Sequence record: PZ445424.1
From: a phage
DNA: 60,094 nucleotides
Reading direction: 5' to 3' (one strand)
Part shown: positions 55,151 through 60,094 of the stretch, one piece after another
How the letters are laid out: each line of letters opens with the position of its first letter
Numbering within the stretch: position 1 is the stretch's first letter
The notes under the pieces: model-generated
Told to the model about the DNA's origin: nothing
The model's database searches: none
Seen by the model: only the letters and a program-made list of their open reading frames with translations
Translations under genes and position numbers: made by a program

Positions 55151-55420
55151 ATGGAAGTTACTGAAGCTGCTAAACGCATGGTGAAATTCTATGTTGGTTC
55201 TGATTCACCTTTAATTCGCGCTTTTGGTCAGGAGCTTTATGTTTTCCAGGGTGATCGAGAGGAGGCTGAAGAGGTTGCTCAGAAGATTCTTGATTTACAA
55301 GAAAAAGCTAAACGGGCGGATGCCCTGGAAGCTGTAGCAAAGGACTTCCTGCGTCGTAACGCTAACGGTCCTTTGTTCTATCGTGATTTGTATAACCGTT
55401 TTAAGGAGATTGTGAAATGA
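55151..55420 (+). CDS. Hypothetical protein
   Basis: Start refined to ATG 55151 (RBS AGGTGGAGA); 89 aa. Confidence 0.4.
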   Translation: MEVTEAAKRMVKFYVGSDSPLIRAFGQELYVFQGDREEAEEVAQKILDLQEKAKRADALEAVAKDFLRRNANGPLFYRDLYNRFKEIVK

Positions 55421-55686
55421 TTACTGCTCAAGAAGCTCGTGAATTAAGTGATAAGCTGGATATTAGCGAAGATATTGCAGTCATTAGTGATAGTATTCGC
55501 GCAGCTGCTACAAAGGGATACAACAAAGTATTACTGGTGACTAAATACGGAGCTGTTGGTAATCCTGACACTCAAGACCCGACCACTATGAAGATTGCTA
55601 AATGGTTAGCAGATTCAGGTTTTACTGTTCTATACTATCCTTCAATGGACCAACGGGATAACGAGCGTACTGAGGTGGCATGGTGA
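55417..55686 (+). CDS. Hypothetical protein
   Basis: 89 aa ORF with overlapping start-stop. Confidence 0.4.
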   Translation: MITAQEARELSDKLDISEDIAVISDSIRAAATKGYNKVLLVTKYGAVGNPDTQDPTTMKIAKWLADSGFTVLYYPSMDQRDNERTEVAW

Positions 55687-55753
55687 TTGAAGAAAATATC
55701 AAATATTGGAAAGGTTTTATTGACGAAATGCTGAAACCATTGGAGAAGAAATA

Positions 55754-56146
55754 ATGCTATTAGTCGTCACCGGAGGTCGAGATTTTAAGCATGTGGAGTA
55801 TATTTACGCTCAATTGGATAAGCTGCATATGCAAAGAAGGATAACCACACTTCGCCACGGTGACGCTGACGGTGTTGACCGGATTTGCGCACATTGGGCG
55901 GAGCGGAACGGTATTAAGACGGAGGCGTTTCCTGCGCCGTGGGACAATCTTTCGCTTCCAAATACTAAGATACGGTATAACGCCAGAGGTGCTTATAATG
56001 CACAAGCGGGCGCTTACCGTAATCAATTAATGCTGGATACTGATCCTAAACCAGATCACGCTATTGTGTTTCCGGGCGGGGCTGGTACTATGGACATGTA
56101 CAGACGGATTAAAGCATCCGGTATTCCTTACACATTAGCGGAGTAA
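55754..56146 (+). CDS. SLOG/DUF2493-like Rossmann-fold protein (putative)
   Basis: 130 aa; LLVVTGGRDF...HGDADGVDR...IVFPGGAGT pattern resembles the SLOG/LOG-like fold. Confidence 0.4.
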   Translation: MLLVVTGGRDFKHVEYIYAQLDKLHMQRRITTLRHGDADGVDRICAHWAERNGIKTEAFPAPWDNLSLPNTKIRYNARGAYNAQAGAYRNQLMLDTDPKPDHAIVFPGGAGTMDMYRRIKASGIPYTLAE

Positions 56147-56149
56147 ATA

Positions 56150-56620
56150 ATGGCTGACGTTAAAACTATTGTTGATGCAATGAACGAATCCAAAGATTGC
56201 CAACTGAAGAAGTCGTTTGAAGTAAAACAGGTTACAGAGACTCAGTTGGTCTGTAATTTTGCGCGTTATTGTGGACTGGGGCGCGGGAAAGACTGGAACG
56301 GGCTTATTGTTATGCCCACATCACAGATCCTTGTCTATGTCCGTAATGTTGTAGAAGATCTTTTACGTCTCCAAATAGATATTGGTGACGTAGAAATTAA
56401 CATGACCGCGAGCTCTACTATTGTGGTTAAATGGCAGTCGGGCGAGACACTTCGTTTGGAAGCGTGTCATTGTGCTAAGAGCTTGCACCACCTGCGCGGT
56501 TGTCACTACCAGTTTGTTGGGTTTGTGCATCCGCAAGGGTTGAGCGAGCGTACGGCGCTGGTAGCGCGTTTGCTGCTGCGTCCTTATAATAACGAGCCAG
56601 AAGTCATATACGAGGCATAA
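56150..56620 (+). CDS. Hypothetical protein
   Basis: 156 aa ORF. Confidence 0.4.
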   Translation: MADVKTIVDAMNESKDCQLKKSFEVKQVTETQLVCNFARYCGLGRGKDWNGLIVMPTSQILVYVRNVVEDLLRLQIDIGDVEINMTASSTIVVKWQSGETLRLEACHCAKSLHHLRGCHYQFVGFVHPQGLSERTALVARLLLRPYNNEPEVIYEA

Positions 56621-56622
56621 AA

Positions 56623-57048
56623 ATGTCAGTAAATTTTGTCAAACAGCCAACTTTAAATACATGCGTTTCTGCGTGTTTGGCAATGATCCTTAATAAACCT
56701 GTTGAGAAGGTGATTGAGGAATTTCATAGTCGTTATTATAACAACTGGGAAATCACTATCAGCGAATATTTGACTAAAAACGGCGTCCAGCATCATTGTT
56801 CAGAAGGTGGTGGGCGCGAAACTTTGCATATGGGAGGTTTGTTCCTGTGCACTGTCCCAAGTCTCAATGTTCCTGGAGCACTGCATCAGGTTGTGATCGA
56901 TACAACCAATCACAAGTTTATTGTACATGACCCGATTAAAGGTTGGGAAGGTAAAAAGTTCTACGTTGGTCCGGATCAAGATCCTGAACAGCCAGGAGCA
57001 TTTATCATTCATACTTGGGTTAAAGATGTTGAAATTGTGCTTAATTAA
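56623..57048 (+). CDS. C39-like (papain-fold) cysteine peptidase domain protein
   Basis: 141 aa; QPTLNTCVSACLAMIL matches the Q...C(G)xAxLxM catalytic-Cys motif of peptidase C39 domains; His candidates in LHQVVID / IVHDP. Confidence 0.45.
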   Translation: MSVNFVKQPTLNTCVSACLAMILNKPVEKVIEEFHSRYYNNWEITISEYLTKNGVQHHCSEGGGRETLHMGGLFLCTVPSLNVPGALHQVVIDTTNHKFIVHDPIKGWEGKKFYVGPDQDPEQPGAFIIHTWVKDVEIVLN

Positions 57049-57110
57049 AAACCTTGCTATCAGATAACCATTCATTGTATTGTGTACCCATCGAATAAGA
57101 GGGGTACACA

Positions 57111-57296
57111 ATGACCAAACTATACGCCGGATTGTTTTTATTTGCGACGTTAATGTTCGCTGGGCTTTATACCTATACAGTAGTCGAACAACCTTCCACG
57201 GTTATCCGAATCTTTGCAAGTACAGGGCTTTGTATCTGTCTTATTCTATTTGTTTTATGCATTGTTATTATCCAAGACCAAAGGAAAATTAAATGA
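57111..57296 (+). CDS. Small membrane protein (2 TM)
   Basis: 61 aa; two hydrophobic helices; strong RBS. Confidence 0.4.
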   Translation: MTKLYAGLFLFATLMFAGLYTYTVVEQPSTVIRIFASTGLCICLILFVLCIVIIQDQRKIK

Positions 57297-57757
57297 CCAC
57301 AATTGCGTTTGATGGAAAAGTATTAGCTGCGGACCGTGGAGTTATGCGCGGGGAAGCTGTGACTGCTTATAAGAAAGTTCATAGCGTAAATGGACATCGT
57401 GGACGGTTTTTACTGGGATTGTGCGGCCTTACAGCATTTACCGATCAGGTGTTGCGTTATTTTAATAGCGCGGAACCTGTTAAGTTCCCTGATATTAAAC
57501 TTTACAGCAAAGATGATGATTACGGGCAAACTTGCGGTCTTGCTGTCACTCCGGAAGGCACTTGCCATTTTATTTATAACGATGGTACTTTGAGCGAACC
57601 CATGCTGGATGGATGGGGATCTGAGGGTAGCGGTTGTGTGTTTGCTGCTGGCGCGTTAGCTGCTGGTGCAAGTGCGAGCGAAGCTATTGAGTTAGCAATT
57701 AAACACACCACATGCGCATTCCTAGGAGTTGATACAATATCATTTGAGGGTTTTTAA
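57293..57757 (+). CDS. HslV/proteasome beta-subunit-like Ntn-hydrolase (putative threonine peptidase)
   Basis: 154 aa; N-terminus MTTIAFDG with Thr at position 2 as in HslV (MTTIVSV); GSEGSGCVFAAGALAAG parallels HslV GSGGPYAQAAARAL. Confidence 0.5.
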   Translation: MTTIAFDGKVLAADRGVMRGEAVTAYKKVHSVNGHRGRFLLGLCGLTAFTDQVLRYFNSAEPVKFPDIKLYSKDDDYGQTCGLAVTPEGTCHFIYNDGTLSEPMLDGWGSEGSGCVFAAGALAAGASASEAIELAIKHTTCAFLGVDTISFEGF

Positions 57758-58018
57758 ATGACTACATTCAGTCACCTGATCCCACCTGCTTATCATAGTA
57801 AGGTAGTTGACCACGGGACGCATGTTGTAATTGGTGGCGAAATCTTTATCACAGATAACGAGGAAATCGCCATTGCAATTATTGACAGCACTCAGCATGA
57901 CTTTATGGTTATCCTGCAACACGAACCAGATAACTTCACTTTTTACTCCAGCTACGGGGTCGATAAAGGTGGAGAAAGCCTTGTTAGCTGGTACATTAGC
58001 GAGTGGTTTGACGGGTAA
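57758..58018 (+). CDS. Hypothetical protein
   Basis: 86 aa ORF. Confidence 0.4.
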   Translation: MTTFSHLIPPAYHSKVVDHGTHVVIGGEIFITDNEEIAIAIIDSTQHDFMVILQHEPDNFTFYSSYGVDKGGESLVSWYISEWFDG

Positions 58019-58100
58019 TCTCCTTAGATCAATTCTCCTTGCGCCGTATCAAGTTTCTCTGTTACCCTTGAGTGGTTCATGTCAAGCGGAGGAACTCGAT

Positions 58101-58538
58101 ATGGCACTTCAACCTCGTGGTATTCGTAATAACAATCCAGGTAATATTCGCTGGGGTGACAATTGGCAGGGCTTAGTTCCTGCTGATAAGCGAACCGATA
58201 AATCTTTTGCTCAATTCACGCAACCGATTTACGGCATTCGTGCGCTAGCGAAAATCCTGACAAACTACACCAAACGTGAAGGCTTGCCCAATGTGGGTAA
58301 GAAAAACATCGACACTGTACGTGAAATTATCGCTCGCTGGGCACCGCCTAACGAAAACGATACGGAAGCGTATATTCGCTCTGTTGCCAAAGCAATTGGT
58401 GTTCAACCTAACGATCCAATTAATGTCTTTGACAAGGCAATTATGTCAGGATTGGTGAAAGCAATCATTCGTCATGAAAATGGCATGATGCCCTATACCG
58501 ACGACGTAATTAACCGCGCTATTGCAATGGTAATTTAA
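58101..58538 (+). CDS. Putative endolysin (peptidoglycan hydrolase), assigned by position
   Basis: Start refined to ATG 58101 (GGAGG RBS); 145 aa soluble protein directly upstream of holin and spanin genes; motif GIRNNNPGNIRWG; enzymatic class not identified. Confidence 0.4.
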   Translation: MALQPRGIRNNNPGNIRWGDNWQGLVPADKRTDKSFAQFTQPIYGIRALAKILTNYTKREGLPNVGKKNIDTVREIIARWAPPNENDTEAYIRSVAKAIGVQPNDPINVFDKAIMSGLVKAIIRHENGMMPYTDDVINRAIAMVI

Positions 58539-58574
58539 CTGACGGGGCGTTAGCCCCTTTTATTTGGAGGGAAC

Positions 58575-58919
58575 ATGTTCAATTCACCCAACGAACATTG
58601 GGCAGTTCTAGCGGGGTTTGCGTTTATCTCCCTCATTGGGGGAGCTCTCGGTTATGTCATGCGTACAATAGACGCTGGTAAGAAAGTACGGGCAAGCATT
58701 GCATTTCTTGAAGGCTTATCCGCCGCTTTCTTTGGCGTTATAATGTATGCGATCTACAGGGAGTTTAACATCAGCCTTTGGTTCGCTTTTGGCCTTGCTG
58801 GCCTATTTGCTTGGGCAGGTTCACGTGCTACGCTAAAAGCCCTAACGTCGCTTATAGCTTCACGGACAGGGATCAAACTCGATTCAGGGGACTGCAAACA
58901 TGAAAACGATTCTAAATAA
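58575..58919 (+). CDS. Holin (3 TM segments)
   Basis: 114 aa; three hydrophobic helices and charged C-terminus; located between putative endolysin and spanin genes. Confidence 0.55.
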   Translation: MFNSPNEHWAVLAGFAFISLIGGALGYVMRTIDAGKKVRASIAFLEGLSAAFFGVIMYAIYREFNISLWFAFGLAGLFAWAGSRATLKALTSLIASRTGIKLDSGDCKHENDSK

Positions 58920-59376
58920 CTTCTTCGGTTTTATAAAAACTAAACCGCGTCTGTTTATCGAGTATTTGATGATCGGCGCGGTTGTGTTTTTATGCGGGGT
59001 GGCTGCTTACTTGTGGTCACAGAACGAGCTCAGCAAAACTAATTTAAATCATGCTGAGCAAAGACTAACCGTTGTAGAACAGGACAATGCAAAGCTGGGC
59101 GAGGCTGTTGTATTTCTTGCTTCCCAACGGGAGAAGGATACTGAATCATATCGAAAATTGGCTTCAGCAATTGAAAGTGAGCAACATAACCACAGGTTGC
59201 TTCAGGACAAATTAAAAGCACTGGAGAAAAGCAATGCCGACGTCAAAGCTTATCTTAATGAGCGTGTTCCTGATGATTTGCGCAGGCTGCTCGACGGAGA
59301 TACAACCTCCACCACCGCCGCAGATAGTGAAGATAAAACTTCCAGCTCATCTGTTGGTAGAATGTCGGGAAGTTGA
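58900..59376 (+). CDS. Inner-membrane spanin (Rz-like)
   Basis: 158 aa; N-terminal TM helix (LMIGAVVFLCGVAAYLW) followed by coiled-coil-like periplasmic domain; overlapped by a lipoprotein ORF in another frame. Confidence 0.6.
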   Translation: MKTILNNFFGFIKTKPRLFIEYLMIGAVVFLCGVAAYLWSQNELSKTNLNHAEQRLTVVEQDNAKLGEAVVFLASQREKDTESYRKLASAIESEQHNHRLLQDKLKALEKSNADVKAYLNERVPDDLRRLLDGDTTSTTAADSEDKTSSSSVGRMSGS

Positions 59377-59539
59377 TAAATATCCTTTGGTTTATACAAG
59401 GGATATTATCCAACGTTTGCAGGATACAGAAACAGCTCTGACTGAATGTAAACTGAGGGTTAAGGAAATCATACGCTATGAAGCTGAAAATGTTTCGCTT
59501 GATTTTGTAGGATCAAGCAATTATATTCAGCCTAAATAG
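59234..59539 (+). CDS. Outer-membrane spanin lipoprotein (Rz1-like)
   Basis: 101 aa in +1 frame, starting inside the i-spanin gene and extending past its stop; signal peptide with lipobox-like ICAG-C followed by PPPPP tract. Confidence 0.5.
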   Translation: MPTSKLILMSVFLMICAGCSTEIQPPPPPQIVKIKLPAHLLVECREVDKYPLVYTRDIIQRLQDTETALTECKLRVKEIIRYEAENVSLDFVGSSNYIQPK

Positions 59540-59559
59540 CAATAAGAAAGGGGGCTTCC

Positions 59560-60094
59560 ATGAACGGGGCAAGTCAAGAGCAATATGATCGTGACTGGAC
59601 GAATTACATCCAGTATGCAAATAGCTTGTCCGCTGACGAGATGGCAATACGTGACAAAGTTGTTGCTGAGTATATGTTCGACTACAATTGGACTAACGCT
59701 TGCATGAGATGCGGGTTCAATGCTATGTTTGCACAGGAGCTTGGCCAACGCTTTGCCACGGACTGTTACGTTCGATGGAAGCTCAAGGAGATTGAAAGAT
59801 CCCGTGTTCAACGTACTTCTGAGCAAGCTAACATTGAAGCAGACCTAGAGCGTCAGCATATCATTGAAGCATTAAAACGTGAAGCTCATTATACAGGACC
59901 GGGATCTTCTCAAGCTGCTAGAGTAGCCGCATTGGGCAAGCTTGCACAAATTTATGATTTGGATGCTCCCAAGAAGGCTAAAATTGATGTTACTAACAGA
60001 GGCGGCGTAATGATAGTCCCTGCTGTAGCAAATATTGACGAATGGGAAAAAACTGCATCCGAGTCTCAACAACTGCTAGTTAAAGAGACTGAAG
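59560..60094 (+). CDS. Terminase small subunit (putative), 3' end beyond window
   Basis: Open frame from ATG 59560 (RBS AAGGGGG) to the window end with no stop; absent from ORF track because truncated; would sit directly upstream of terminase large subunit on a circular map. Confidence 0.45.
   Translation, partial: MNGASQEQYDRDWTNYIQYANSLSADEMAIRDKVVAEYMFDYNWTNACMRCGFNAMFAQELGQRFATDCYVRWKLKEIERSRVQRTSEQANIEADLERQHIIEALKREAHYTGPGSSQAARVAALGKLAQIYDLDAPKKAKIDVTNRGGVMIVPAVANIDEWEKTASESQQLLVKETE

Noticed and set aside
57831-58538. ORF-track 235-aa version of the putative endolysin
   Set aside because: The N-terminal 90 codons overlap the preceding gene and lack an RBS; ATG at 58101 is preceded by GGAGG.

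Overview
The window reads as a near-complete genome (~60 kb) of a tailed dsDNA siphovirus-type phage. Coordinates 1-22740 are a + strand late/structural module: terminase large subunit, portal, scaffold, major capsid, head-tail joining proteins, major tail protein, tail chaperone, tape measure, lambda M/L/K/J-like tip proteins and a side tail fiber with a C-terminal S74 intramolecular chaperone. A bidirectional terminator at ~22750 separates it from a long - strand replication/nucleotide-metabolism block (22772-52142): family-B DNA polymerase, SF2 helicase, Prim-Pol replication protein, Sak4-like ATPase with a DUF669-like partner, Cas4/RecB-like nuclease, ATP-dependent ligase, RNase H, dUTPase and an HNH endonuclease. 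The most notable content is a complete 7-deazaguanine DNA-modification cluster at 27766-33380 (DpdA-like transglycosylase, FolE, QueD, QueC, QueE and a YhhQ-like precursor transporter). A + strand block (52760-60094) holds small early-type genes, a second HNH endonuclease, two predicted peptidases (C39-like and HslV-like), a lysis cassette with overlapping spanin genes, and the 5' part of a putative terminase small subunit running off the window end. Other points of interest: a likely -1 programmed frameshift extending the tail chaperone up to the tape-measure start, a Cor/Llp-like lipoprotein gene antisense within the tail module, an iteron-like repeat cluster next to an AT-rich tract (putative origin), and a 13-nt poly-C tract. 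No integrase, CRISPR array, rRNA or tRNA was recognised. Gene content and size resemble, from memory, the E. coli 9g/CAjan/Seurat phage group. All calls rest on reading motifs in the translated ORFs and the DNA; no database search was run.
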